DNA of 64,000 nucleotides from Chrysomallon squamiferum (Eukaryota; Animalia; Mollusca), in contig CM022670.1 in assembly GCA_012295275.1 (NCBI GenBank), forward strand, positions 9,734,001-9,798,000, written 5' to 3'. Under the pieces are notes generated by a model, which searched no databases, had not been told where the DNA came from, and was given only the letters and a program-made list of their open reading frames with translations. The translations under genes were made by a program, and so were the position numbers. Of this stretch, positions 49,100 to 64,000 are shown piece by piece (positions within the stretch are counted from its first letter, which is position 1; every line of letters starts with the position of its first letter).

Positions 49100-51400
49100 C
49101 TGAAATAGAAAAGTATTAAAAATGCATTAAAATTTTACCTATTATATCCAGCAAAAATTAAATATATCATATTTTTAAAAAACAAAAAAAAAAAAAAACA
49201 TTAAAAATTAAAATAACTATTTTAAATATATATTAAATAAATATCAAAATAAATAAAATGGGTAAAGCATAAAATATACATTTATTTTATTTTTATATTG
49301 TTTCCAAATTATTAAATGTTATAGCTTGTGGAATATTTGAAGAAAAACTGTGACAGTGATTTATTCCTGGGTATGTAGATACACATCATTATTCTTCAAA
49401 TCATTCACTGTAAGCATTCTCACTGGTATCTGATCTAGAATGGTATATTATGAGAAAAGGTAAAAATGATTTATAAAAATACTTGTAACTATCATCTTTA
49501 ATACCAGTAGCAATAGTAGTAGTAATAGTAATAGTAGCACTATAGTACTGGGGTAGTGACTCTAGCAGCAGCAATAGTAGTAGTTTCATTTCATATTTGT
49601 ATAAAAGGTGTGATATTAATGATATTACACTGCTAAAATATCAAAGGTATTTTTCCTTTAACAAATACGTTACGGTTCTTATGACCTTATTAATCTCACT
49701 TAGTTTTCATTATTATACAGTTACATTTATGAGACTGTCAAACATATTATTTTATTTCAGAAATGATAGGAAGTTTGTAAATAGCTAGAGATGGAGAGAC
49801 AAAATAATGAATTATAGCTGATGAAGTATATGGACAGAGACAGACAAACAAATGGATGAATAAACCAGTTTTTAATGCGATATTCACAACAGAATATATA
49901 TCAGGAGAAAAATGTTGGATGAGTAATATACACACATACATACAGAATTACATATCTGCAATGATAAATGAACATGTAATCACTGAAGCCGAAACAGCTG
50001 ACTGGGACAATGTAAATATCTGGCAAAACATAAATACACAACAGAGAGGAAGCAATAACATTTTTCTAGTGCAGGTTACACGCACAATCAGGTGCTGGAG
50101 GACCCAACTGAAGACATTTCACAGAGTTCTATTAATATCAACAGTCATTTTGTGTGGTATAATTTGTTACAGATCCCCATTATCATCTTTGTGTTGTGAT
50201 AATCACATGGAAGTTTAGACAGGAAGAGAAAGAACAAAAAAAAAAAACCAAAAAAAAAATCTCATTATTTGTTAGGTAATACAAAACCAATGACAGATGT
50301 TCCTTTTTGGAAAACAATGGCTCTGAAGTTTACATTTCCTTAGTGAGAGTTAAGTGTAATATGCAATAAGAAACCAGCAACTATGTAGTTACTGTTTACA
50401 TTGCTTTGACTATAGGTGTTAATACCAAAGTGGTTGATGTTTATATTTCATTGACAGTTGAATGTAATATGCCACAAGAAAGAAAACTACTACAGATGTG
50501 GTTGAGTTTACATCTGTTTCAGTTGTAGATGGTGTAATATAAAAGAGGAAACCAGAAATGTTGCTCATGTTGTATTAATCAGTTAGGCTACTATGACCTG
50601 ATATTTACTAACATTTTCTTCTCGGTGTAAATAACACTACAACAAATACCACAGTAAGCATGGGCCCATTCAACCATAGGTCAGTGAAATAAACTGGCTT
50701 GGTGCTTCTGACTTAACATCAGTGATCTCTTGGTTTAGTGATCAAATCCCCAAAAAGTACAAAGAAAATATATCAGAGTTTAATTGTCAGATTAAAATTA
50801 AAATTTAATATAAAATGAAAAGTTTAAATTCTAGGTTAGAAGAATAAAACCAGATCATTTCACAGTAAAATCTTTGCAGCATTGTTTTTTTTTTTTTTTT
50901 ATGTTTATTTTTGTTAAAGTTTCTTTTTATAAACTATTTTAAATTTCAAATTATGAAATGAAATATCTAATATCTATTTATGGTTAGACATTAAGCAAAT
51001 CAAACATGTATCAGTGTAATAAAATATGAAATGATTGACTTTACAGTGAGCAGTAAATCATTTATATTAAAGAAAACTAGTAATGAGAAACATATTACCA
51101 GTAAAATAATTGGATCTTAATACTGTAACCCGATTGTGTAAGGTGTGGCCTTGTGATCTTAATGGTGAAAATTCACTTTAAATCAGATAATGGGTGTAAG
51201 ACAAAGCTTTTCTTATGCTGTGTTATAAACAGGTGACAATGAAAGCAGCCTGTGCAGAACGTGATGACTGAGGGGTACAGAGACTGGTTCAGTGTTGCCA
51301 TTAGCTCATGAAAAACCTTCACATTTATTACACATCTTGCAAGCAGATTTGGTAAATATTGCTGTGTTGTTATACAGGATATAAAATCTGAACTTTTGTA

Positions 51401-51439
<39 letters not shown>

Positions 51440-54400
51440 CTCTTTTGAAAAAAAAAAAAAAAAAGACAAAAAGTTGAGGATGCATTATTTTTTTAATTAT
51501 ATATTAAATTTATGTACGTTTTATTATGTGTTTTATTACTCTTATTTCTTTTATTTCATTTTCTATTCTTTTCTTTTTATTATTCTTATTTAATTTTTTT
51601 TTTTTGGTTGTTTTTCTTTTTTTTTTTTTCTTTTTGTCCTATGTATATTTAATATCTTTTTTGCTTAAAATAGATTTTTCATAAGAAGATTACTTAAGTA
51701 ATTTTAAACCTCTGTTTTATAATCTGCATTCAAATTGACATTTATATTCAAATGTTTATGTTTTATATTCCAGTAAGAAATCTTTGTAAACTATTTATAA
51801 TTAAATTTAACAAGCCAGTCTTCAAAACCTATTATACACTGAAAAAAAAAAAAAAAAAATGGCTTTAAGAAAATCTGGCATTCAGATTTTAAAGGGAAGC
51901 ACTTATTATCAGAAACTTCCTTAAATTCTGTCATGCTGAATAGTGCATTTTACTTTGTTGCTCTAACAGAACTTTCTAACATCAATATACTACTTCTTTT
52001 TTTGAAAACTGGAATTTTGTTTTCTTTTTTTTAACTCCATAAGTACCTTGATGCCAAATGCCAGAATCCAGAAAGGTATGTTACATAGTTGTTTTTATTT
52101 ATGCAACCATTCAAACAGTTCTTGTTTTTTCTCTCAAAAATCCAAGCATAATAGCATGTCAGTTTATGCCAGTGTAAATATTTTTACCAGTGTAATGTTG
52201 AGACAGGTAAACAATAGAGCATATGTTTCTTATGTTCACTGATCCAAAAACTTACACTGTAAAACTGCACCGATTTATACAACTGGATTATTGCAGAAAA
52301 CAATAAACAGTAAAAATGGATGACGGTACAATTAATTAATTAATTAATCAATTAATACTGTTACAAATAAATAAATAAAGTTTTAAGAACAACAACAACA
52401 GTAACAGTAACAATAACAATAACAATAATAATAATAATAATAAATAAAATAAAATAATTAAATAATTTTGTTTAATAATAATATGCAGTAATTAAATTAA
52501 TGATAAAAATAAAAATGAATAAATCAAAAGACTCAAAACACAAACTTTTTTCAATTTTTTAAATTAAAATATATACTAAAATCTATAAATATTTTTCTCT
52601 GCTTCTTCAAGTAACTACATAAATACCACTGGAACATGATAAATACTGTGAAAAAAAAAAAAAAAAAAAAAATGAACCTTAATAAAGGCAGTTCCAGGAT
52701 TTAGAAGTAAGTGGGGTGGGGAGGCATTGTTGTGAATGTAAATTTCATGATGAAAAGGATATCATCATAAAGGTAAAAATGTGAAGACTTTGGATATGCT
52801 TGTATTGACCACCAGCTTTCCATGATGGATTAACATAGTTATGTATTTAAGTGAATGCTTGAATTCACCAGAGACAGTCAGGTATAATGCATTATATAAG
52901 AGATGAAAGGTAGGTGGGCAAAGAGTCAGGTGAATCAGAAGATGATTCACGTGGCTTGTCATGTGTATAAAACTCAGAGATTTTATCATTTCCAGCCACA
53001 CGTTGGGATTACAACTAAACTGTTTAATATTTCATAAATCTTTAATGGTTTATTTTTGTTATAGGAGATAATTTTTATATTTTATATTTTATATACATAT
53101 TTATTTTTTTCCTGTTCAAAACATTAAAGATGATTAAAATATATACATATACATATATATATATATTATTTTATTTTATTTTATTTTATTTTATTTATTA
53201 TTTTGTGTTAGAGAAAAGTTTTTTTTTTTTTTTTCATCTGTTCAACATTTACAACTATTTTAATAAGAGCTTGACAAGCACCAGATCATTTAGTTTGATT
53301 ATACAATATTTTTATTTTACACAATTACGATAATTAAATTTTATTCCCTTCCCTATACTCTAGACATTTACTGCCAATTACAGCAGTATGAAAAGTGAAA
53401 TAAGATACATCTGCAATGCTTATCTCAGAAATTATTTTAACAAGCCAAGTTTTCATTTGCCATCACAATTTAATCTTTCTAATAAATTAGGGTCAATTAG
53501 CTTTATTTCTTTCTGTTTCATGGATACATTTATGGCTTAAAGCAACAACATAAAAGGTGAAATGAAAATTTATAGCTAATCTTAGAATTATGTTTAACAA
53601 GCCCAGCTTTCGTTTACAATTTATACATTCCATTTCATCTGACACTAATCTTATCTGGCTAAAAATACACTTGTTTTCTAATTTAATTTTAAATGATATT
53701 AAATATCTGCTCTTGCATCCATCCATTCATGACAGATGTGGAAAGAAGAGAAACATCCATCCTGAAAATAACACATAAAATCACTTCAGAGTGAGATTAA
53801 AGCTAACTGGTGCTGTCATATCACTTGAAATGAAGAAGTCAGACATTTTTGAGACTGCAGGTGCAGTGTAAGTAAGATATTTATTACATATAATCAAAAA
53901 AAAAAAAAATGTTTTTCAACTAGACTCCATTTCTATTAAATACAGTTAGTAATGCACTGTAATAACACATGCTCTCTGATGCATAACATTAATATCTCAC
54001 AGCAGCATGTGTGTAACCAGTATATTTAATAACAGTATTTATTTTATGTTTACACAATATGTGTCAAAGAGGACTGTTATTTATTTTATTTTTTATTTTA
54101 TTTTTATTTTTATTTTTATTTTTATTTTTATTTTTATTTTTATTTTTTTATTTAATTATTTATTGTATTTTATTTTTATTTTATTTATTTTTTTAATTAA
54201 TTGAATACACGGTTCAATACTTTCCAGTCTCTCTCCTGAATTATTTCCAGTTATACCCACTACCCTTTGACTAGTTTATAAACAGCTCTGTAGCATGTAA
54301 GGAAAATACATATAAAAATACCTTGCAGCTAATAAAAAAAAGAAAAAAAAAAGTGACGCATTACTGCACACTGTTATGATAGTTTTTACACCTACAGCTT

Positions 54401-55335
54401 ACTCAGATCCCCTGACAGACATTCCATCCAGTTCAGCTTGTAAGGTTAAAAAAAAAATTTAAAAATTAAAAATTAATAAGTTTGAAATGTTATTTTAATA
54501 AAAACAAAGTTAAAAATCAGAATCCTAAACGTTTAGTTCTTCTTTCCAGCCCAGTGTGAGATGTACTGCGGTGATTTTTATATCTCAGTGTATTGTACAA
54601 CAGGTAGCAGGATCCATCCTGCGCCAAGCTTTCTAGCAATCTCCTGTTTCTCAAAGCCAGTGATACATTTTCTGTGAAGATATATATATTGTATTATATC
54701 TTTCACTTTGTTAAAGATTGTCCAAGGAGTGATAGTTGTGGTTGTTTTGGTTTTTCTCTAACATAAGCCTAACATAGAAAGTCCTAAAATTTAATAAACC
54801 TGCATACAAAGTTTTATAACTGTAATTCAAATTCATTCATTTATCCCGATTAAAAAGAAGAAGAAAAAAAAAAATGTAAAGTACATGTTCTTTAACACAT
54901 ATATTGTTCTCTATATATGTTATTGAAATTAACATGACAATCATTTGAATCATACACGAAAGATCATAATTACATAATAAATATATATATATTTTTTTTT
55001 TTTAACCTCCACACAATTTCTCCATTTGTGTATCACATAACACCGATCCATTCATGCATTAAACAACATTTGCATGTGAAAGTAAAACTAACAGTAAGCA
55101 AACATTCAGATGACTTCTGCTGACTGTGAGCAAACTGACTTGGGGGAAAAGAAGATAAAAAAAAATTGTACATGCTACTTGGCAGAGTACTTCTCAGTGT
55201 GACAGCTGTAAGTGTGGCCAATTTGTCACAGCACTTTGATGTTATCATATTCAAGTTTTTCAAGTAGTTTGAGTAAACATTACAGTTTAAGTGCGATTCA
55301 GCTTACTGCAGCTACTGAGTAAGCATAACAAACAG

Positions 55336-55505
55336 AAATACAACTGATGCAAGGTAGAGATTGATGAACTAACATAGAGGTTTTTGAAATACAACTGATG
55401 CAACTGATGTAAGGTAGAGATTTATGAACTAACATAGAGGTTTTTGAAATACAACTGATGTAAGGTAGAGATTTATGAACTAACATAGAGGTTTTTGAAA
55501 TACAA
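55336..55505. repeat. 51-bp tandem repeat, about 3.3 copies
   Basis: AAATACAACTGATGTAAGGTAGAGATTTATGAACTAACATAGAGGTTTTTG repeated, with a 9-bp internal duplication in copy 2. Confidence 0.9.
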
Positions 55506-55753
55506 ATGCTGAAGAAAAACATTATGTGAATTCAAAGGGAGAGATGATATTTGTGACACCTCTGTTTATTTACAAGCTAAGGAGCTTTTTTTCTGACACT
55601 GTCATTCAATTTTTTTTTTTGAAAGCTGTACTGTGTGATATGTCATCAGCAAACGCAAGGCTTGTTACTTAGATCAAATCAATCTTTAAAATGAAAAAGC
55701 AGTTATACATGCATGATCCATCATCCAGTATTACAAAACTTCATTTTCAATTT

Positions 55754-55804
<51 letters not shown>

Positions 55805-57427
55805 TACATACATACATACATACATTTTTTTTTTTATTGTTTACAAACTTTTGAAAACCAATTTTATTTCCTTTTTAATTTAATTTTTTTTTTTTTTTTT
55901 AAATAAAGCAGCATTTATATCTTTCGTGTTTATTTATATTTATATTACCATGTATTACAAATTTTACAGAATGTTTTCCTCACAAATAAGAATTTATACT
56001 ATTTATAATGTTATCATATAAAAGATATTTGTCCTGTGAAAATGTTCTTATACTTTTTATACCAGACTCAACCACCTTCATGTTTCTTTTTCTTTTGATT
56101 ACATTATCAAGGATCTTCCCTAATGACAATTATGTCAACAGAAACACATTCATCAAAAACAACCATTTTGTGAACATTCCTCCAAAGTGAATTGCCAGGC
56201 TGATGTGCGAGTTTGTATGTTTACTGGCTGATATAAGACAAATAAACTGTATATTGTTGTTATTCACTTCCAGGCGTCCAAGGCCATTAACCGCAAACTG
56301 AAGTATGAGATACAAACAGGTGAAGAGAAAGAAGAAAAAGAAGAATGGTAACATGTCGGTGAACTCTTTTACTATTTCAGTTATTCAGTGTATAATATTG
56401 TTATCTTCACATTTTCCAGTTTCGTGTTAAAGGGTTGCAAATGTCATCACCCACAAAGGAGCCTATTTCAGAGGCCTGATCTGTATTTATAAAATAAACA
56501 GAAAGAAAAAATATGTATATCCCATAGGATCATAATAATTTTTTTTTAAATTCTTTCCAAACATATTTTCACCAGTAAAGAAAAAGGTTTATGTTTTTCT
56601 TGATGTTGAAAACAGCATCTGGCTGGTGTTTTAAGAAAAGTGTGTAAGAAAAGAAACCAAGAGAAAACTGGATAAACTGCTGAAAAAGGAAAGTTTCAAA
56701 GAAAGGACACCTTTGTGAGTTATTTGTTCAGCAGTCATGAATTACTCTACTCACATGTATCACTCAGATATAGGGCAGCAGTAAATCATAGACTGGTCCC
56801 TCTTTGTTCAGAAATCTTCAGTGATGTCAGACACCAAGTCCATGACAACTGTGTGGGTGTCTGTGTCTGTGTGTTTGTTCTTTTACTTGTTAAATAAAGG
56901 ATATTGTCCTTCAACACTAATGTTAAATGAAAGCAATTTTACAATGGTTTACATTGTAAAATCTGAATTAACTGAAGTAAATAAAAACCACTTGCTTATT
57001 AAAATAATAATAATAAATATCCTTTCTATGATGAAAATCTTTTGATTTACTCTTTTCTATTACTTTTTTCATTCCCTTTTTGTAATTCAAGATCATGTTA
57101 CCACTTGCTGAAACTAATTTCTTGTGTTCACCAAATCGTATAATATATTTTTTTTAACTTTTTTTTTATTCCTCTTTCCAAAATTCAAATAACCCCCACC
57201 CCCACCCCATCCCCCAATCACCTGTTGCTGAAACCACACTCATGGCATTAATTAATGTTATTTCCAGCTCACCTTTGGACCATTCTAACATGTCATCTGG
57301 AGTAGATTTATCTTCCCTGTCAGATACCTGGTTTGCCTTGTCAAACAGAGATTAGCTGACACATTCTGTAATTGAGATTACAACCAACTAGGCATGAACA
57401 ATTTCCTCATCTACTTCTGAGAAAGAA

Positions 57428-57472
<45 letters not shown>

Positions 57473-58127
57473 CATAAAGAGGTGAAGCTAGTACAGGTTG
57501 TGTAACAAAACCCACAAATGATGAGGTTGACTTTCTCACAGAATTTGGTGCAGAAAAGGAACATGTTGTAACTCTGCGATGGTCTCCTTATCTGATAATG
57601 ACTGATTATAGGATCAGTCTTCCTCAGAATGCGCTAGGAAGAGACTGTGTTTAGTGTAGGGCAGCAGGTCTGGCATCCACTCTCACTGATCTTCCCACGG
57701 AGTGGATAATGGTATTTACAGTTAGAATACAAGCTTGAGGAACAAACTGTCTTGGGATAAAATCTTCCTAAGTGTCCACGCAGATCAATTTTCCATTACA
57801 AAAATGTCTCATGAATTATTTAGCAAAGGTTATGGTATATCTTTCAGGAGGAAAGTGAATACTTTGTTTATACAAAAAAAAAGCATGTATTTGTTTGAAA
57901 GTATTCAGTCTGACCAATGGACTGCAGCTTATGTCTATAACTGGGAAAATTGATGAAAAAATACCTTACTGTTAACCATGGAGACATCACTTATGTCAAT
58001 CATATCAAAAACTTTTAAACATTCAAGTACCATTAACATATATATAAATATGAATAACCATTAAACAAATTTCTGATACAAACATCATTACTAATCGAAG
58101 TTATGCTTCAATACCACATGAAAATAT

Positions 58128-58602
58128 ATTCTGCATCAACCCAACTACAAATAATGTTCTGCATCAACACCACTACAAATACACTGTCCTGCATCAATAC
58201 CACTACAAACAGTTCTACATCAACACTACAGTTCTACATCAACACCACTACAAACAGTTCTACATCAACACAACTACAAACAGTTCTACATCAACACCAC
58301 TACAAACAGTTCTACATCAACACCACTACAAACAGTTCTACATCAACACCAACTACAAATAAACTGTTCTGCATCAACACCACTACAAATACACTGTCCT
58401 GCATCAATACCACTACAAACAGTTCTACATCAACACCACTACAAACAGTTAGTTCTACATCAACACAACTACAAACAGTTCTACATCAACACCACTACAA
58501 ACAGTTCTACATCAACACGACTACAAACAGTTCTACATCAACACCACTACAAATAAACTGTTCCGCATCAACAGCACTGCAAACGAACTGATCTGCATCA
58601 AC
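58128..58602. repeat. Minisatellite of about 26-30 bp (CAGTTCTACATCAACACCACTACAAA), about 17 copies
   Basis: Read directly; includes a higher-order repeat (58156-58225 vs 58366-58435) and explains ORF 58103-58591. Confidence 0.92.
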
Positions 58603-59095
58603 ATGGTACTGATGACTGAGCTCTCAATTCTGTTTTAGTTAACTTCAGTGGTCACGCCATGTTAAACATTACAGATCTGACAGCTGTTTATCTAAAGAAC
58701 ATCGGTATATTTGATACATCCTGAGTTTGCACCACAGCTAGAAATTTAATTTAATTTTCTGACATACTGAATCTTTTTACTGGTTATACACGAGATACAG
58801 GCGTAACAACTACCACCAGTGAAATATGAAAAAAAAAAAAAAATGCAGACAGTTATTGCTGCTAATAAGACACAAATGTCAGAGTTAAAACATCTGTAAG
58901 TGTCCTCTTTGTGCAGGAGAAATAAAAAAAAAGTAGCTTTTGAAAAAGACTTCTTTTTTTTAAAAATGGCCCTTTTATCTATCTACTAATCAGAACTAAT
59001 CTTGGCAGTGCAGGTAATTATATTCACATGAGAAAAAGTACTGAGATATTTTTAAAAATAAATTAGTAAATCATTTTTCAAGAAAGCTTTTCATA

Positions 59096-59100
<5 letters not shown>

Positions 59101-59144
<44 letters not shown>
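59101..59144. repeat. (TG)n microsatellite
   Basis: Direct reading. Confidence 0.95.
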
Positions 59145-59145
<1 letters not shown>

Positions 59146-60238
59146 AAATGGACAGAATTAAGCCATTTTTTTACTATTCATTTAGCTTTTAATGATCTTG
59201 CTGGTTAATAAGTATAGAACAAAAATGAATATTTTATACTGGGTCATCATGTCTGTCATTATATACAACCTCTTTTAATAAACATACTGGTTACCAGAGC
59301 AAATATAACAGATATTGTACAACTGAATAAAACTAGCTCTGAAGCACTGGTCGGAATGAGAAATAACACAAATTAATACACCAACACAGTTTGATGTAGC
59401 AACTGTAAGTACCCCAAGCCAAAACCTAAACTTGCCACCGTACAAAATGATACAAATACATGGAGTATAAATCCAAGCTGATATCAGGAACAAATAGGTC
59501 AGGCAATCTAACATCATTTAAATGCTGCCAGCAGAACACATACACATAATGCAAATCTTTGGACTATGTAAACACCTGAGTAATTGACTTACATTCTGCA
59601 CTGATTATGTAGGCATTGGCTATATCCTTTATATATCAAAAAAACTAACACAATAATTGTTAGAGGATGCTAAATCAAGAAGTGCCTGAAGCTGTATCAA
59701 AACACTGGTCAAAACAGCAAAAGCTCAACAGCACATACCATTATTTTACTTTAATAGAACTAATTTAACTGTTGATGTATTTATTCTTATCTTAAATTTA
59801 TTCATTTTTCCTCTTTCATTTGTTATATTCTCAATTTATTAGTTTCCAAATTTTTTTTTTTTTTTTTTTTAAATTATTAATGTTTCATAAATATTATTAT
59901 CAATTATAATGTTATCAATACTTAATAGACAATATGTAATACTAAACACTGCCAAAAGTACTTTTAATTATTTTTCTTATTCTTGTTTGTTATTCAAGTT
60001 TGTTATTAATAATAACAATAATAATAATAATAGGAGGAGGTATATTAACAAAAACCAGAACAACGCTATAATTATTATTTATTTATCCAACTAAACTGTA
60101 CATTTATTTTTATTAAATCTACATTTTCTTCAGTGTCACTTATGGAACAATTGTAAAATCAGCATTAAAATCTACACATTGTCACACATAAGATGGGTTT
60201 CCCTGTTGTACTGTTTCTAATGTGGTAAGTACACACAC

Positions 60239-60274
<36 letters not shown>

Positions 60275-63031
60275 CATGAAAAACAATAATCTTGTGTTGC
60301 AAGATGCACTACTGTAATTTGCCATCATACATCAAAACAAACCAGAACTGGATAGATTAAAAACCAGCAACACAGACACTGGTTGTATTGTAACCAAGTA
60401 AATTGCCTCCATCATCAAGCACTGATATTAAGAGAACTTTCACCTGCTGATGGCAAACATCTGACATTAATATCTGTTAAGACTGATTTCAGTGTTCAAG
60501 AATTTATCAAAGTTTAAATTAGGTGGGACAAAGCTTGAGGCTTATTGGCGAGAGTGTGTGAGTGAGGAAGAATCTTTCCTATCTGGATTTGTTTTTCCCC
60601 AAGATAAGAAGTACATAACTGTTAAATGCCATTGTTTGTTTATGTTTTAAGGATAATAATTACACTGGATGCATTGGAATTTCCCAGCCTAACAAATACT
60701 CTGCTGTTAATGGCCATGGTGTGTTCGTGTTTTAAAGATAATAATAACATTCATTTTAATTTGCAAAATGGAAAAAAAAAAAAAAAGTTTAAATAAACAA
60801 ATCACTGAAAATACAGATAAAATGTTTGCTAATAATAAACATAACATTTTATTATTAAATCTGAATTGTTTAAAAGAATATTTTCAGTTTGTCTACTAAA
60901 TAGGGGAAGCAAACTTTAAAAGAAAATGCCCCAAATCTTTTACACTTACTAAGCTAAATGGATTATTCTAGTCACTGAATACTGAATAACTTTAATGTGA
61001 ATAACTGTAATCTTCTAATAAAAAAAACTGTATTGAACAGAAAGAATACTATACAAAGTAGAAACCATCCAACATTCTTTATAAACACTGACTTATCTCA
61101 TTGTAAAAGACATTTTAGCATTCTGCTTCAGTGGAACTCAACCACGATGACATGCTTTGTAGAAAACTAATTTGACAGTTGAGCCAAACTCCGCACACAA
61201 TGGGTTAAAGATCACACCTCTCCCAAAGGCCTGCCAATGAAAGGTGACTTTAATGAGAAATTCTAACACAAACTTGTCAGATGTGTTAGAGTGGGATTCA
61301 ATGATAAACATTTATATTAAGTAATTAACTGACTCAGTCTAGACTGGGGCTGCCCCTCCAGCTCTGCATTGTTGTTCTGTTGATACTACAGCAGAAAGTC
61401 AGTGGACATTCTGGACTCAGGGGCTCAACAGTCATGGTGGACTCAATGTATCAGTGCACTTCTGGACTTACTGTATCAATGGACTCTTCGACTCAGGGGA
61501 CTAAAGGAGATCATAAATAACAATTGCCTTAAACGCTGTGGATTGCAAAACCAATCCTTCACACAGAGATTTTACCCTTTCCTTTACTATGACAAAGAAA
61601 CCATAAAATGTATATATAAAATATATGATGATATATATAACTAAATAGCCCAGTGGAAAACTTGGGTATCTTATCAACATGACTGCATCATAATTAAAAG
61701 AAAACCCCAGCAGCAACATGTCTGCAGGATGATGAAACACAGCCCAGTGGTTAACAAAGTATCAACACATTTAAACCATGGTAGCAGGTAACACAGATTT
61801 CCAACACAGTGACTGCAACGTGACAATAGAATAGATAATAAAATATTTTACCAATCCTGCTAAACTATCAGCTACAATGCATCTGTCATTGAAAATGCAG
61901 TGTTAACAGTTAGGAAAACAAGATGTATCATGTTATTGTCTAGACACTGACTGTAACAGAAACCTTCCTTTGAGCTGACTGCATTGTATGCAATTTGTTT
62001 TACACACTTTGATTGTAAGCTTCCTTCATGTCCATTGGTTCATGCACCTATGCTATTATTGAAGCTGACAACAGCTATTAATTTATGTCAAGTCTACTAT
62101 ACATCCTTCAGGCTTGTAATTCTGAATATAATGGGAAAAATCTCACTCACTGTCAGCATAATTCCCCACTCTGTTGACTTACATACCAGATATTTAGATG
62201 CGGTGCTACCTTAGAATACCTAGAAGATTAATATTCAGAATTTTGTTCAGTTAACATACTTCAGCAGATAATATAAGCACATGCCTTCTGTACATATTTG
62301 TCTAAAATTAAGACTAAAAGATAATTAGATGTAATCTTTAGAAAGTTTAACTAGAATTAATATTTAACTCAGGTCTGTTATAAAAATGAAAATCAGGTTA
62401 ACAACCAAAATGATAATTGTAAATAGATTGATTAAAATCTTAAATGAAAATTATAACCAACTGACATTAGTTATTAGATTAATAACTAACTGGAATTAGA
62501 TTAGTAATAAGATTAAATTTAAAATCTTCACTTTTATAAACATGACCTAGTGAATTCTATAATGTTTATTTTATTTAAAGTAGATATCATTTATTAGACA
62601 TTTACTGGTTTCTTTCAGTTCTTTTAATGGGTTACTGATGCAGGATAGTCTGTATTAACTCTACAAGCTCTATGAATTCCATCACGACAGACTATTACTC
62701 TTGTGTTTACCAGACTGACAGGTATCAACCAGTCAGTGGGTAATTACTAGTGGTATGTCACCTCTTGCCAAACTACCACCAGTAAAATTATTCAGTGCTT
62801 GTCACTATTCTTGACAACTCTTAGACTTTGCAGTATACAAAAAGTGTAAATTAATTTTAAAGAATAATAAAAATAATAATAAATAAAAAACAGGGCCAAG
62901 AAAAAAAAATTTGAACCTTTAATTTGCCCCCAAAAATTGGGTATGTTAGAAAGTAATACCTGCTAGTACTTATCAACTTTTAAAGAAATGAGGAACATAG
63001 AGAGTGGTTTTTATATGTATTTCTCTCTGTT

Positions 63032-63033
<2 letters not shown>

Positions 63034-63108
<75 letters not shown>
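63034..63108. repeat. (CT)n microsatellite
   Basis: Direct reading. Confidence 0.95.
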
Positions 63109-63112
<4 letters not shown>

Positions 63113-64000
63113 CAGCCAATAGACCTATCTATCAACCTCACTGAGTATCTACATCTATCTCTTCTTCTTTCTATCTCTTTCTTAATAACAAATGCAATCA
63201 TCACACCTTAAATTAGAAACTTATTTTTTCTTTTTTTTTGAAAGGAAAACAAAAAAAATGAAAGATCCATTAACATAAGCTCCTCATCGGATTTGTTCTA
63301 ACACCTGTAAAGTGGAACTAACAGATGCCTTTGTGATTCTATCAACTACAGAGTAAGCACGGTCTTACTATTTAAAGTGTTTTAACACTATCTCAGCTGA
63401 TAAAATCAAAGTGGTTTTACTCAGATTTCCTGATTACATCAGAGTATATCTACAGGCCAGCTAAGCTGATACCACTCTCTTTTTTTCAAAATGTATTTTG
63501 GACCTATGCAGTTAAACGCCTCAGCAATATATAAATGATAAGATTTAGTTTAAAATTTAAAAATATTTATACATTACAGTTAAATGTGTATGCTTGTCTA
63601 CATGAGTATCTCTGTTTGTATAATTGATTTCAACATGAACTAATACAGTTATTTTGTTATCCTTCAGATACAACACCTATGGTATGTAATTTCTTGAAGC
63701 AACAAAGATTTTGTTTAAAAAGATCAACTAATACTAGTTCAAGAATAACCCTTTATTGATAGTATATCCATATCTGTCTTTATTTTTCAGATAAGATTTT
63801 TTTTATTTTTTTTAATGCATTACGCATGTTTGTCTCGAATAAACTACATATGGAATTTCACATAAAATTCTGTTTTAAACAATTAGCTGCCATTACTGGT
63901 GATGTTACAGCGGCAAATATCTTTTCCAACAATGCAGAAAATAAACGTGACTTCTTTGTTATACAAAAAAAACAGCTGATGCAGAGTTTTTCTACAATCT

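Noticed and set aside
57518-57595. Plus-strand C-box ATGATGA ... D-box CTGA, about 78 nt apart
   Set aside because: Antisense to the host PXDN intron, no terminal stem and no recognisable rRNA guide.
58103-58591. 162-aa Thr/Ser-rich mucin-like ORF
   Set aside because: Product of a 26-30 bp minisatellite whose frame drifts between units; no splice support.
58609-58670. CTGATGA core suggesting a hammerhead ribozyme
   Set aside because: No downstream GAAA or compatible stems; the same holds for the other CTGATGA hits checked.
49100-64000. Peroxidasin exon 1, or a nested gene among the short ORFs
   Set aside because: No signal peptide/LRRNT (CPxxCxC) exon seen. The short ORFs are low-complexity and lack homology, so the region is treated as a first intron longer than 14.9 kb.

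Overview
AT-rich, intron-rich animal genomic DNA. A gastropod mollusc is likely from the repeat style, but that is inference. Four spliced protein-coding genes were reconstructed by hand with phase-consistent splice sites. (1) RPL37, minus strand, 4 exons, 4633-13754, absent from the ORF track. (2) GTF2F1/RAP74, minus, 13 coding exons, 15387-22106, with two probable GC-AG introns. (3) An ISY1-like paralog, plus, 5 exons, 22801-26203, head-to-head with GTF2F1. (4) Peroxidasin, minus, 19 exons visible, 28845-49099, with exon 1 not found in the window. RPL37 intron 2 carries a full-length but decayed 5.6-kb hAT-type (hATw-like) DNA transposon (7524-13130) with 10-bp TIRs and a 7-bp TSD. Its transposase ends in a Spindlin/Tudor-like domain, and it inserted about 640 bp from the RPL37 start site. 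This suggests a chromatin-reader-guided transposon and is the most interesting item here. Peroxidasin shows a +1 frameshift in the catalytic exon and a decayed remnant of one LRR exon. Also present: a probable LTR end at 1-829, several minisatellites, microsatellites and local duplications.
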